A stretch of 64,000 bases of DNA from Vicugna vicugna. Lineage: Eukaryota. The position numbers and the translations under genes were made by a program. The stretch is from positions 744,001-808,000 of the forward strand of contig MU058824.1 of NCBI GenBank assembly GCA_013265495.1. Direction: 5' to 3'. Positions 13,076 to 27,160 of the stretch are shown in pieces. Under the pieces are notes generated by a model that ran no database searches, had not been told where the DNA came from, and saw nothing but the letters and a program-made list of their open reading frames with translations. Every line of letters starts with the position of its first letter. Positions within the stretch are counted from its first letter, which is position 1.

Positions 13076-15177
13076 ACGAGCTGGGAGATAGCTAGCACCA
13101 TGGTTGGGGCATTATGCCACATTCCAGTCCCATTTAGAGACATTTATTTTAGAGGTAAGTGATAAAAAAGTTTTCCCTCCCTAGAGGGATAGTACATTTT
13201 AGCATCATGAATAATAAGAAGTCCTCCCTTTTGCTGTGGCATTCTGGCAGATCAGAGTGAAGTTTACTGTCCACGGTGTGGGAGGTCATCGGGATTGCCT
13301 ATCTGAGCTTGTTTTCCTCTGGCCTATAGCTCTTATTTGTATTTTACTTTGTCCTGTTGTTTTTATTTTTAATTCACATCTTTCATTTCTCTGTGTTTAC
13401 ATTGTGAAATGAGGGAAGAATAAAGCATAAATAGATAAGTGCCTGTTTTTTAAATTCTTAAAATCATCTAGCATTGTGTCGTGCCTATAGTTGGCTTGTT
13501 TAGTGATGTGCAGACAAATTCAACCAGGCAAATAAATAATTTATACAGTAATTTTTATTTCTACCCTTAGCTGATGCTGATTATTCTACTCGACATCTAT
13601 TTCTTCTACCTGAGATGTCTGGATAACTTCTAACTTTCTACATCCTCAGAGGGAATAATAAAAGGAACTTAAACTGAAACTCTGATACTTCAAGTGAAGT
13701 TTTAACTATATGAGTCATGAACTCAAAAAAGGAGTTTTTCCATCATGTCTTGACTGTTTTGGTGAGAGTCAGGGACTTTCATGAGAGAATTTTACAGAAC
13801 TAGGCAAGATGAGATAATACCTGCCTAAAATATGCATCATTGGAGGTTAAAACTGTAATAATTTCAACTATTTTCACATTCATTTTTTGTTTCACAATGA
13901 ACTGCTCTGCTCAAGTCATAGATTCTTAGATATAAAGATGAGAAAAGACAGAAGAAAAAGAATTCAGGCTTGCAGAAATCCTCTTTAGTAACTATGTTTC
14001 AAGTTTTTTAAGTCTCATGGCTCTAATAATCTAGGCATAAAATACTTTGCTATTTTCATAGCTATGAAAATAGGACATTTTAAGAATAAAATAGATATCC
14101 ATTCACCTCCCTCCCATCTCCTCACTCCTAAGTGTTCTACAGATTCACTAAATTATGCCTTCTTATTTCTTTTGCTGTTTAGAATCAGTTAAAATGACCA
14201 AATTCAGAAACTTAGTAAAAACTATCAAAATCTCCTGTCAAGTCATTTTCCTTTTTGGCAACATATTCTCAGCTCCCCTTCCCCAGTTTTTAATTGGTCA
14301 CATATTATAAATAGGTTAGCATTTTAGATATTTACATTTTATTCCATCTGGTCATAATTTTTTCTTTATTAGAAATTTGAGAGAAAATTATACTTGAAAT
14401 ACTTAATGGCAAGGCACATTCTATAATAAATCATGTATGTCTTTTGGGAGGTTATTGATGTATTATTATGAACTATAGTTCAGACTTGTGAGATGGAATA
14501 TTTGTAACACCTTGAACCTAGACATAAGATAAACATACATTTTTTAATTACAAAAATACTTTACTTTGAAAAAAAGCAGTTATATTTTAGAAAATGGACC
14601 AGATAAATAAAATACTCTTTCCAGATAACAAAGTTACTTTTGTTTACAAATATAAAATATTTTATGCATAACTTCACTTATAACATTATTTGATATATTT
14701 TGTATAAAATGTTTTTTAGGAATTTAAAGTGGAATGATTACATTTACTTTTACATGTTTTCAATTTTGCTCTAAATGGAATTTCCAGCTGAATTCTAAGG
14801 AAGAGAGTATTTCTTTGTTTCCCCTTGTTTATAGGAAACCTTAAAAATTAAGGACAGAGAAAATCATCAACATTAGAGTACAGCACAGGAAATTCTTACG
14901 TTTGCTGGAGGTAGTGACCTTGATGGTGTCAAGCAGAAAAACAAAATTTTCATCTTCAAGAACAGAGTTGTAAAGAGGAGAAAAACGTGCTTAAAGCTCA
15001 TTGAACTTTGTCCAATTAACGTTTTTATCTGAGCTAACATTAGTGGTAAAACCTACTTCTTTAAACACTTGCCTTTATCATCTTCACAGACTTCTGTAAA
15101 CTACAGTTTTCCTTCCCCCTAGAGTGTGATGATTTCCAATGAACTACTAGCAGAAGATATTTGGATTTGGTTTCCCA

Positions 15178-15245
15178 TATAGAACTATATGGAATTGCTG
15201 ACATTTGACTATTTCTTTTGATTTACAACAATGGTTCAAATTAAT
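15178..15245. mobile_element. MADE2-like mariner MITE (degenerate)
   Basis: GAACTATATGGAATTGC...ATTTGAC...TTTTGATTTACAA..ATGGTTCAA, resembling the MADE2 palindrome with a deletion. Confidence 0.55.
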
Positions 15246-18200
15246 ATTATAAAGTATCTCTTATAAAGGAAGAAATAGTTTTTTTTTGTAGGAGACTTAC
15301 CTATCAAGAAGAATTTTAACTGAATATTAGAGAGGAGAATAAACATGCTAAATGTGAGAGCTATTTGGATTCTAGTAGGTGAGACCTAGAAGAAGCCAGT
15401 GGGAGACAGTGCTCAGAAATTCTCAGGGAAAAAATAACAGCTCAGGTACTCAAATATTTCCATACCAATGTACAGAAAATGTGTTACTAATACAGCAACC
15501 TTGAAAGACAATACATAGTGATTCTATAAACATTCCTCCAGGCTGATACCACATTTGTAGAGTCTGAGACAGATATCAGGAGTTGAAGCTAGTTAAACAG
15601 TCTTTCGCATCAATGGAGATATCTCTCCCAGTTGACCTTGGTGCACTAAACAAGACTCATTGGGCAACTATGTGATCATTCCATCTGTATTTCTTCTTCT
15701 GTATATAAGTACATTATGAGACACTTGGTCAGGTGTAATACTGAGTGAGATATTACAATGTTTTATATCGGTCTTCTTCTGTATCAAAAAAGTAGATGAA
15801 ATTTGTTTTGTCTTTGTTCTTGGTAAACTTAAGCATGCTCATGTTCCACAGAGCGGATGCTGTTCAGTACAATTGCCATCTTCTAACTCTTTCCTGGCTT
15901 CTAAGGGATAAAATCCTAGCCATAGAATTTGACCAATTTATTCTCCCCCAAGACCATTTAGGCTGACTTTTGCTCTTTTAGGGCTTGCAATATCAAACAA
16001 AAAAAAATGTCCAGAGTAATTACATAAACCAAGGAAGATGTAGTACTTTTGATCAAAAGGATACTTGCCACAGAGTTGAGAAATGCTGTATAAGGTAAAG
16101 ATAAGGTCTCAGCAATGTCTAAATGGATGCTCGGGACTGCTTGAGGACTTCACCTTTCTTTCCCATAGTACCACAAAAGCGGGACTGGCATCCAGAGAGC
16201 AGTCAAGATAAGGATAGCAGGGATGGCACTATGCTTTGTTGGTGAATGCTCTCTAGAGCCAGAAAAGCCAGCAAATTTCTTTATGTGAATTGGTTCTACA
16301 GTTTCAGCAGAACTGGAGGGTTGTCATTCTAAGTATCTTGAAATACAGTGGCTCCTCCAGTTGTTCAGAATGAGGAGAGGGGAATAAAGGCAGCTGTAGG
16401 TTGGCCTCAGAAAGCAGAGAAAGTAGCCACTCACCACTGCCAGTATAATTCACTGGAATCACAAGCTGGTGCAGAAAGTAAGAGATAGTTAAGGCTTAAG
16501 GAATTGAGAAACTCTTTATTTACTTTTTTTCCTGAGACTCCTTCTTCACCCAGTTTTACTTGTGGATTGAGGTCTATGGTTTTGCTGATTACATAGGCCC
16601 ATTTACTAGGGAAAAGGTTAGGATGCACATGTCATAAGCATTCAAAATGCCAAATTGACGTGTGTGTGTCTGTATATGAGATAGATGCACATGTGCTAGC
16701 ATTTTAAACATGCCTTCAGAACTCTTATGGAACTCATACTAGTTGCTAATGATCACATCTTTCTTTCCTAGTGTTTTCAAACAAAAATATATGCAGTGAT
16801 CCTTTGTGGGAGCTGATTACCTTTATTCTGTTTCTCTTCCCTTTTTCATTTTAGCCAGTACATGTAATTGTTTTCTGTCTCCATTTCCTTACAGAAAGGC
16901 AGATGCCAGTGTTTACAAACTTGTATGATCTTGTGCAGCCTTGTTCAGTGCCTTCCTCCAAACAATATATCTTTCTTCATTAGAGAAGTTGAATTAGTGG
17001 GAAATAGGGCAAAGAAAAGTCCTACTGGCTCAACTTGCCTTGCTGCCACTGGTGAAGGATAACTTGGACCACCCCTATTTAGCTGTGTTGATTTCAATGC
17101 GGATCACCAATATTTCCAAAATAGGATTACTTTGTCAGAAATGGTCTGTTTGCTGAATGAAAATGCAACCCTATTTTTATAGCAGACATGTTTCATTTTC
17201 TGAAAGTGATTTACTTTTAAAAGAACCCTTGGTCCATATTTCTTAATAAGCTATGCCGTGTTTTAAAATATTCGCCATTAATTTTACCTATTCAAGGTAC
17301 CAGATTTTTATTCTTAATTTTGTCCTCAAATAAATGTTTCTTTCCCCTTTGTACCTATAGAGTTGCATGAGGAAAAGAAAGGATCCCATATCTTGACAAA
17401 AAGAAGCCCCTTCTGCAAATAAAAGACATACAAAAAGGCACTTCACTCAACAAACAAAAATGCCATTGCACAATTGTGATTCTCCCTGGGAAACTTGCAT
17501 TTGTTAGGTGCACTCTCTTGAAAATGGCATTAAAGAGGGTCCACACATTAGCCCCAGTAGTTCAAGTGGGGTTTAGTTCTTGGCATGATTAGCAAAATGG
17601 GTTTTCCAACACATTTGTTTTGGGGACTTTTTCTCCCCCTGTGGGCTTTAATTTGGTTGCCAGACCCTTCCCTAATTTTATTGTTCTGGGTTTTTTTCTC
17701 ATTGAGGATGTTATTGGGTAAAACTTACAGGCACATTACTCAGCCTGTCAAGAGTGGGGGAAAATGACCATTTCCTGGCATTCATTCTATAAGATTTGCT
17801 TATTTTCCTATTTGATCAACTGCACAGACTCTCTTCCTATGTGTTTCTACATAGTCTAACATCTAAGAAAGACTTCGTTCTGAAACATGGTATTTCATCT
17901 ACACACTCTTGGTGTAGCTATGTAACTAAAACCTTGCGGCCCCTGCCGTGGTACCACTCTTGACAGAAGAGCAACCCTCCTACCCTTATCTCCCCTACCA
18001 TTTTAAGTGCCTCCCACACCTTTTGGGATAGAAATTTCCTCTTCTGAGGCTAAAATTAAAACACAGATGTATTTTCCTTCTGAATCCAGATTCATTTGAC
18101 TGACCACAGATGGAAAAAGGCTCATGGGTCAGCGCAGAGCCTACATTGAGTATGAATATAAAATGTTTTCTTCCTATAGGGCAGGTCCTCTGGATGTGTC

Positions 18201-18516
18201 ACCTTACAGTAACTTCACCTTGCCCTCAGACTCTCAGCCAAACTAGTCTCATGTGCTGTCTTTTGGCTCAAAGCGTTTGCCATTTTTCTCCTCTCCAAGT
18301 CCACATGTCTGCAATCTTTTCTCTCCACGCCTAGGTAAGTGCTGCTTTATCCACAAAGCCTCTCATGAGCCTCCTTGTCCCGCATATGAAACTAATCTCT
18401 TCCTTTTTAAATTGTTTAGCAGTTAATACTTGACTCTTCTGTTGACCTATGTTTATCGCTATTTCCTGGATTGCAATTTTGTTGCTTTCATAAGAAGTTA
18501 AGTCTTGGATATAATT

Positions 18517-18534
18517 GTGTTGTGTGTCTGTGTG

Positions 18535-18578
<44 letters not shown>

Positions 18579-18616
18579 GGAGATGGAAAGAGACAGAGAG
18601 AGAGACAGAGAGAGAC
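18517..18616. repeat. Compound microsatellite (TG)n-(GA)n-(GACA/GAGA)n
   Basis: Directly visible. Confidence 0.95.
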
Positions 18617-19099
18617 AATGAGAATTCCATCGGTATTTCCTTGGGGAAAGAGAAATACTCTTCCTTACAATTAGGCTTCATTTATATAAATTACCACAGG
18701 GTGATACCAAGGCCAAGAGAAGTTGAAGTTTAGAGTTCAAAGAGGTTCTTTTATCCCGTGAAGCTGGAAGAAGCACTGATTTATGTTTGCAGCCTTGACT
18801 TGGCTCCACAGTCTTGGGACCTTATAATGATAAATCACATCAACAACTAAACTCATCCGCTCTAGTTTACAAAGTACCTTTGTTTGCCAGCTTCTTTCTG
18901 TCTTTCTGGTTTTCTTGCTTGTTTTGCTACAGATATTTTCCAAGCACTTTCAAACCTTGAATCATTTCATTGGAGCTTCATAAACACGTTATGAAGTAGC
19001 TTGGGCAGATATGGTTATAATTGTTCTTAACTGCGTTTTGGCTCTAGAATTAGTCTCTTAATTTTTAAAAATCTTTTTATTATGAAGACCTTCTAACCA

Positions 19100-19240
19100 G
19101 CCTCGGTTTGGAATCCTGGTTTATTTCTTACCAGGAGAGTGACCTGTGGCAGATTGCTTAATCCCTCTGAAACCCAGTACCTCATCTGTAAAGTGGTTTT
19201 AACAGTGGTACCTACCACACAGGTTTGTTGTGAGGATAGC
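19100..19240 (+). mobile_element. MIR SINE
   Basis: GTGACCT...CTTAATCCCTCTGA...CCTCATCTGTAAAGTGG...TTGTTGTGAGGAT. Confidence 0.75.
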
Positions 19241-19657
19241 TCCTGGAATGTTTTTGTTTTTGTTTTACTTTCTTGGAGTCACCGTTAAACAGAAACTGAG
19301 GGCCAAACCACTTTAAAGAGTTGAATCTCTTTATGCCATATTCAGGATTCACATAGGCTTTGTCTTTGGCCATTTTTTGTGTCACTACCCACACCCCAGG
19401 TCACTCTCTAAATAGGAAGGAGTTCAAGGGCATCCTTCTACTTTTTCTGTAGATCATGATTTCCTTGAGGACACAGTGTATTCGTTGCCTGGCAGATCCT
19501 GGCCCTTGTCCAAGTACAGTCTTGGCCCATGCTTTACCTATGTATGATTCCTACTGATTTAAAAGGTTTTGCAGAAACTGTTAGGGTTATAGAGAACAAA
19601 GCTGGAAAGTGTCACTACCTCGGTCATTATTGACTGATGACAAGATTCTGTCCTTAT

Positions 19658-19829
19658 TATTTGCTACTCAAAATGTGGCCCTTTAGATCAGCAGCATCGA
19701 CATCACCTGGGAGTTTGTTGGAACTACAGAACCTCCACCTGGCCTCAGATCTACTGAATCAGAATCACAAGCTCTGCATTTTTAGGCTTCCCAGGGAAAT
19801 CTACACACATGAAAGTCTGGAAAATGCTG
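19658..19829. mobile_element. MER5A-like hAT-Charlie element
   Basis: CTACTCAAAATGTGG...CAGCAGCATC.ACATCACCTGGGAG.TTGTT...CTACTGAATCAGAATC...CTGCATTTT. Confidence 0.85.
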
Positions 19830-22519
19830 CTCTAATCCAACCCAATGAAAAGCCACACCCAAAGGACACAGTTCTTACCAGATTACTTTCCATCCTGGCT
19901 CTTATTAACTCACTTGATTCTTGATCTTATCTTGTTTTGTTCTGCTTTGATACCTGCTCATTTCTCCATATTTCTATTTACACCTTTTTTGGCGACCTAG
20001 TCAGATTTAACTTTGTGGGTGCTTGGCCCATCTGCTTTACTTCCCACTTAACAATAAGCATTCCCTTTTCTGGCATGGTTTTCCTGCAATTGCTAGTCTT
20101 GAACCCCCCACGTCTATCTGTTCTCATGGGCTACTCTTATTAGGCGATCCCTTACGACTTCCTTGCTCAGACGTTGGTCAACAGGACCTTTCAAAAGGCA
20201 CTGCATCTATTAAGAATTATTTGTGTGTGTTTGTGTAGTGCAAATGCAGCCAGATATACTGAGCCCCAAAAGAGAAGTGTAGATATTAGTGAGACAATTT
20301 GTGAATGTGGTGACTGATAACTGTTTCAAGAGATGATGGCTATACTGTACTGACTAGACTTTCTGAAATGCAGATGCTACGTTTGCCATAAGATTTTCTA
20401 TTAAAGACAACTTATGTGATTGATACTCTTACACTGAATTTTAAACATTCAATTCTGTTTTACTTAAATCACTGAAGGGGGAAACGTATGATTTTTAAAG
20501 ATTTTACTTTATAGGGTGAGGGAACTTTTGAATTTCTTCTACATTGAATTTTGTGTGTGCACAGCAAAATACCAAAAGAAGGTAAATTCAGTGCAAAGAA
20601 ATGAGGAGCACAATGACCTTGGATGTTTTCGTCATATTTTTTGAAATATTCTTCCTCCCTTTTGTAAGGTTGCAGAGTGAAATAACACCCTTGTCAAAAT
20701 GTCTAAGCACTCCAATAATAGGTGATGGAGAAATGATGACAGAGAGAAAACAGGTGTTTTTATCTCACTAATATCATGTTCAGGCAAAGCTTCCTACTCT
20801 TACCTGCTCCACAAGAGTAAATCCTTTAGAACTATAGTCTTGAGAGTAAAAATGACTGTGAATAATGCCCACTTTCTGTGAAGGAGAATTTTAAACTTTA
20901 ATATTATTTAAATTGAGATTTCACCTATTTTTAACCTTTTCTTTGGTTACCAAGGCTGTTTGTACACTGGCAGGGGGGAAAAAACTAATAGTGGCTATTC
21001 TATGTTAACATGTGCTAATGAGCTAAGAAATATTTTCTTTCCTCTAATTTGGAGACTTCAATATATGTATGAGAAAAAGTTTATATTAATGATGGCTTAT
21101 ATCTGTCATTTAATTAGAATTAGGTGTTCCTATCAAAACTTAGACTTCTTGTTCCTTTCTCCCAATGCAATGATATGTAGTTATATTAGATAAATATAAG
21201 ATAATGACAGAAAAATACTTGCAAAGTCTACATTGTCATACAATGCTGTTGCATAAAACTGAACGCATGATCTAATTAAGAAATTTAAATAAATACCTTA
21301 TTAGCTGATGATGGCTTAATGTATAAACTGGGTAAGAGTTGCTTTGTGACTGCCTCTTGTGATCTATTACCCTGGAGAAGTGAGCAATGTGGAGTTTTGC
21401 ACCAAGGCACTCTAATTAGGAATTGCTCTTTGTTCAGAGCAGCCTGTCTTACCATCCCCCAAATCAGGCCTGCCACAGTTGCACAGCCCCACTGCATCAG
21501 AACTGTCTCCTGGATTCAGACAATCTGGTGGTGTGGCTTGAAATCCCACCACCTGGGAGGGGACTTTTTTTGCCCTGGTGAGAGGCCCCTCATTTTCCTG
21601 TGAACCAGACCTTCAGTATGCTGCTTTAAAGATGCCAGCTCATATTTTTGTTGAAAAATCTTGATACGTTTGACTTCGAGAGTTCTCTGGAGTATAAAGT
21701 AAATAATATTTACTTTTCATAATGGAGTTAGAGTAAAAATAATTAACCTCTACTTAATTAAAATATGAACTGGTGCTTAGAATAAACCTAATGTTGGGTC
21801 ATTTTCAATTTATGGCATACAGTCTCTTTCCCCTTCTCCCTTGTTTTGAGAAGTATATATTTGATTTTAAATTATATATTACTTTTGTAATTGAAAAGCA
21901 TTTTCTAACCTATTTTGTCTAAGTTTTAGAGGAGGTAGTAAACAATATCTTTTGACTTTTTCTTCCTGAGGTCAAGGAGGAAAGACTCCTTAACTCATCT
22001 TTTATTCCTGCATTCCATTCTCCACTCTTATTGATGGTATATCAGGTTTTGATCCAGATTTTTATTGTAAGATATTCTTATATTACATATTTCTCCTCAA
22101 TAATAATACATAATAAATAATTAATTTAAAATATGTTGCTATCAATAATTTAAAACATTTTCAGACCCAGCACAAAGGACTGCATAAATATCTATGAAGA
22201 AAATTCTAAACTTTATAGTCTGGTAGGTGATGGAGACAAGTAAGCAGGCGATCATAGTATTTCAGCTAGTGGCCTACGTTCTGTGATGGGGATGGCATGA
22301 AGGAACTTCAGGGGCCCCTGGGAGGACCTAAACCTGCTTTTGGTGGGTCAGAGAAGGTACTCTTATTACTCATAACCTTCAGTTAGAAGAAGTAATGACG
22401 CCACCTTTTTTAGTTTCCTTTACCTAGTAGAGAGGTCCTCCAGATTTCTTTTGACTTCTTTGTTCTTGGCAAATCTACAGTAATAGAGGAAGGACTCAGA
22501 ACTTTTTGTGAGACACTAC

Positions 22520-22710
22520 TGTTTCAGAGGCATTATGCCAAGTGCTTTTCATTAGTCATATCTTTTGAAGCCCTCAACAACCTTGTGTGACAGATACTTT
22601 TTTTCCACCTTTTCCGCACTTCATAGATGAAGTAACTGAGGCTCAGAAAGGTTAGGTAATTTGCTTCTCCTTGCATAACTTGAAAGTCACTCTGATCCAA
22701 GCCGGGCTGG
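22520..22710 (-). mobile_element. MIR SINE
   Basis: CCTCAACAACC...ATAGATGAAGTAACTGAGGCTCAGAAAGGTTAGGTAATTTGC. Confidence 0.8.
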
Positions 22711-22863
22711 CCTCGGATTCCTTCATCAGATGGTTTCCACCATCAGATGCTGAGACTGAGCGTTTGGGTCTTGGTCGGGTTCTTATTTTTAGAACTTAAG
22801 TCCTTGGAATTTATTGCTTCAGTTATGGTATAGGAGGTACTTATTGTTTTCCTGGGAGGTTTA

Positions 22864-22884
22864 GTGTGTGTGTGTGTGTGTGTG
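22864..22884. repeat. (GT)n microsatellite
   Basis: About 10 GT units. Confidence 0.9.
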
Positions 22885-25619
22885 AGTATTAGAGGGAATG
22901 GTAACAAGGGTCTTCCTACTTCCTGGTGCCTGAGGCTCAGTGAATTTGTTAGAAGGTATATAAATTATTGCCTATTTTAGAAAACTGGGACTTTACCATC
23001 AGGGTAAGAATTGGTAGGAGTTTCATTACTTCCTTCACTTTTTAGGCCACTGGCATTGTTTTTAAGCTCCTGACTCTTTGAGATAAGTTTCTTGCTTGCT
23101 TCATACTCAGCTGCGTTCTTAACTATGGTTTCCCTCACAAGCCAAATATACAGAAAGATATTTCTTTGAGACCCTTCACTGTGATTCCCACAGGACAGTG
23201 GAGGGAGGCTGTGTAGTGTGCACCATTCTCCACCTCCAGTAGGAAGGGAAACAGGCAACAGAAACGGCAACAGAAACCTCCTATCCTGGCTGCCCAGTGA
23301 GCTTGCTGACTTCTGTGCACCCCCCCCCCGCACCAAAAATTTCCCTGTGTGTTGCCACAGAAAACTGCCCTGTCCGTTCAGTTCCTTGTCTTGCAGAAGA
23401 GCTGATTTTTAGCCCTGCCTGGTGACTCCTCTTTCTTTGCTATTATTCCTCTTAACCTGATGGTTTGCTAGTAATTAATTCTAATGAGTCTGGCAGCAAG
23501 CCCACCTTTCCTCCTTTGGTAAACATGACCCTGGGTGTAAGCATTGCTTTCAGTCTCTCTCGTTCTCCACTGGAGACCAGTACCTTTGCAATGAGTTGAT
23601 AGGCAGCTGAGCTGAGTAGGAAGAACCTGGGCATCCTACACCTTCAGATCCTGCATCCAAAGGGCTTTCTGAAAGAACTGATTTTTGAGCTCAGATCAGA
23701 TCTGAAGGATGAATGAGGAAGCAAAAGGGCTGGGGAGTGAGGCAGGTGGTGTAGGGAGGCAGGGAGGAGCAGAGAAGAGTGTGTCCGACCACGGCAATTC
23801 CCGCCCCACAGGATTGTTGTAGGGATTCGTGAGCAGCATGCAATGCTCTTGTCAGTGGTTAGGGCCCCACGTAGGTATCTACTGCGCCTACTGCTCCTGT
23901 GCCTGGCATCTGTGTATCCAGAGGAAATTGTGATTGGTGTATAATTGTACCCCTAGAATTTTTTAAATGAAAAGTTCCTCTTTTTGGAGGGACCATTTGT
24001 TCATTCATTCATTCAGTCATTCATCAAAACTTCATTAAGTGCCTGTCCTGTATGCTCCAGAGTTGGATGTGGCCCTGGTGGGAGGCTGGGCTCTGCTTGA
24101 TTTCCTACTCCATGAGTGTGCTCAGCTCCCCAGGTGGGCCACAGTGCAGAGGTATCACACAGAGGGAGGGCAGAGTCTCAGAGGCAGGCCTGGCTTCCTG
24201 TCCAAGGGCATGAGAGACCTGCTCTACAGACATGACGTAACTTAACGTGTCAGAGGAGACTTGTTGATCAGAAACAAGAATTTTCGATTCCTTTTACCAA
24301 GGATTTTGTGGTGATATAGTCACTGGATCAGTCCCAAAGGAGCAGGCTGCCCAGGGGGTCATGTCTTGGCACACTGGGGTAGATTTCCACTGTCACCCCT
24401 GGAGAGGGTGAACCCGTGGGGCTGCTTCTTCAGAGGCTGTCCTCTCAGTCTGGCTCGGGGACCGGTAGACAATTACATAGATGCTACAGTGGAAGGCTGT
24501 AGCGAGTGCATGGGACACAAAGAAAGGAGGGCCAGTCCTGCCAGAAAGGCAAAAACTCTTAAGCACGTGACACGTTTTGCTCCAATCTGATAGGACACTA
24601 TCATGTCTCTATATACAGGGGGTAAATATCATCTTGGTACGTTAGTTTATCATGTACAAGCATCTTTCAAATCCATTTTCTCATTTGAATGATTATAGTA
24701 GCCACGTTATAGACAATGGAGCAGATATTGAGGTGTCAAATAATGTGCTGAGGTGCACAGGAAGAAAATGACAGAGATGGGACTGAGTCGCAAGGCTTCT
24801 GACTGCCAGTCTTATCTTTTTGGCCACTGGAAGAATCAAACTCTTTTGGGGGTTTTCACTGCCCCTGGTGATTCATTCATTCACTCCTGCCTCTCACATT
24901 CCAGACGTTTTGGCTTTGAGGACACAGTTGGACTTCAATCACGTGGTCACGCCTGATGGGGGTTGATACATTCTGTGCCTTGAGAAAGGCATTTAGACTC
25001 CTGGAAATGTATTGCAATGCAGTGGGGGCAGTAGAGGAGCAAGGAGAGTGGCTTCTCCTTGCTGAGGGTGATGGGCAGGGCGGGTGATGGGCAGGGCTGA
25101 GCTGACTCCCAACTACACTCGGGCTGAGCCCTTCTGGCTCCCTTAATCACTGGGGCCGAAGTACCACTGCTTCTGGGGGCCGGTCTCCCATCAGCTTCAG
25201 CCCTTCCTCAGGTCCACTCTGTCCCCTCCCAGACCCATCCAACTGGACAGAGGCTGCAGATTCTGCTCACAGCCGCTCTCTGAGCCTAGCAGCGGCAGCT
25301 GGCTCTGGTCCCCTATGACAGCCCTCTCTGTCTGCATCCTGGTGGAATATGCTATCCCTAACAAGTGTCGAGAACTTCAGGATCTGGCTTTGGGCAAGAT
25401 ACTTAACCACTGTGAACTTCTGATTCCTCATCTGAAAGATGGGGGATTATTACTGCCACCTCATGGGACTAAATGAGGTAAGACACATAAAAGGCTGGCA
25501 GATGCATACTCCACAAACTGAAGATAGAACATCAGTGAGTGGTCCTACAAATCGCCTGGGGAAAGCTTGTTAAAAATGCAAGACCTCCTCTTAGAGATTC
25601 TGACTTGGTTATACTAATA

Positions 25620-25880
25620 GTTAACAATGATCAGGGTCTCACCATGTCCCAGGAAGGCCGCCTTCTAAGTACTTTTCATAAGTGATCTCATTTCCTCTTC
25701 ACAACAACTCTATAAAGTAGATACTATTATGACATTCAATTTACATGCTAGGAAACTCAGGCTAAAATAGATGAGGCAATTTGCCTAAGTTCACACAGCT
25801 AGTGAGTGTGAGGAATCAGGATTTGAAACCATTAGTGTGACTTCAGAGCCTGCCCCTGGCCTCTGTACTGCTTCTGAGGA
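25620..25880 (-). mobile_element. MIR SINE
   Basis: CTCATTT..TCTTCACAACAACTCT...GGAAACTCAGGCT...TTGCCTAAGTTCACACAGCTAGTGAGT...GGATTTGAA. Confidence 0.8.
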
Positions 25881-26619
25881 CTGATTCTGGGGCTGGAGGA
25901 TCTATATTTGTCACTACACCCTATTTGATTCAGAAACATACGATCTGTGGATAAGGCTTTAAGAAACATTGTGAAGGCTGGTAACCTGTCTTCCTTAGCC
26001 TCCGCCTCTAACATCCCCCACGCGCTCAGGAAGCTGGCTTCCGATGACCCAACTCCGGGTCCCGCCTCTCACGGGACCAGCCTGTGTGCCTGTGAGAGCT
26101 TGACAACAGTTCATGCAGAGGCTTCTGGGAACGCGAGCTCACAGCTCCATTTGTCCGTGACCAGAGCCCACCCGCAGGTGTCTCTTCTTTCTCCATTCTT
26201 TTCTGTTGCCACTTTGTTTTGTGCCGGAGCCTTCAGGGTTCTCTGCTTATCACTCCCTGTCCTGCTGTTTCCCTTTGGAGTAGGATCCTTCCGGTTTACC
26301 TGGCCCATTTGCCTGGGTCCCCTGAGGGAGGGGAGCATGAGAGAGAGTGGGTAGGGGGATCCCTAAGGTCTCTGCTGGGGTCTCTTCCCACAGTGATGAT
26401 GGTAAGCCAAAGCATGATTTGTGGGTTCATTTTCCTTGGACACTTGGGACTTTTGGTTTCTTTGGAACACTGGGACACCCCCTTTTCTCTTGAGGCCTCA
26501 ATATACATGTGTGGCCTTGGAAGGGAAATGAAACAGAGCTTCAGGGGTTCCACCAAGTCCCTTAGAAACATGAATTTAGACACAACAACTGAGAGAGGCT
26601 GATAAACCCTTTCTGTCTG

Positions 26620-27160
26620 ATCACATCTCTTCCCCATTTAAAATCTATTAATGGCTTTTGATGCCTTGAGGCAGAGTCCTCCTCACGGGGCCTCCAGTGA
26701 GTTGGCCCTGCCTACCTCTCCGGTCTCTTATTTGTCCATTCTCTGCTTATTCAAAATCTTCTGACACATTGACCTTCTTTCTAGACCTTGAATGTGCTGG
26801 GCTCCTTACCCCAGCATCTTGTGTACTGTTTCCTCAGCTTGTACTCCCCTCCCCCCGATGACCAACTTACTTATACTTTAGACCTTAATGAAAATGTCAC
26901 CCAGGGTGGCCTTTCTCGACCCTCCAGAATAATGAAGTCCCACTGTCATGACAACCCATATTTTTGCCACTTATCAAGATTGTTAGAACTTATCATACTG
27001 CTATTTGGATAACTGTTTGTTAGACATCTGACTTCCCCCTTAGATAGTCAGTTCCATGCAGGCATGGCCTATGATTGCCTTGCACAGTTCTGTGTTCCTA
27101 GTGTTTAGCATGGTGCCGTGCACACAGTGGGTGCTCAAAGAGTATGTCGAATAAATGAGT
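26620..27160 (+). mobile_element. LINE-2 3' fragment
   Basis: GGCCCTGCCTACCTCTCC...AAATGTCACC...TAGCATGGTGCCGTGCACACAGTGGGTGCTCAA..ATGTCGAATAAATGA. Confidence 0.8.

Noticed and set aside
25832..26637. Cluster of overlapping 60-135 aa ORFs
   Set aside because: No recognisable domain or splice structure; expected in locally GC-richer DNA
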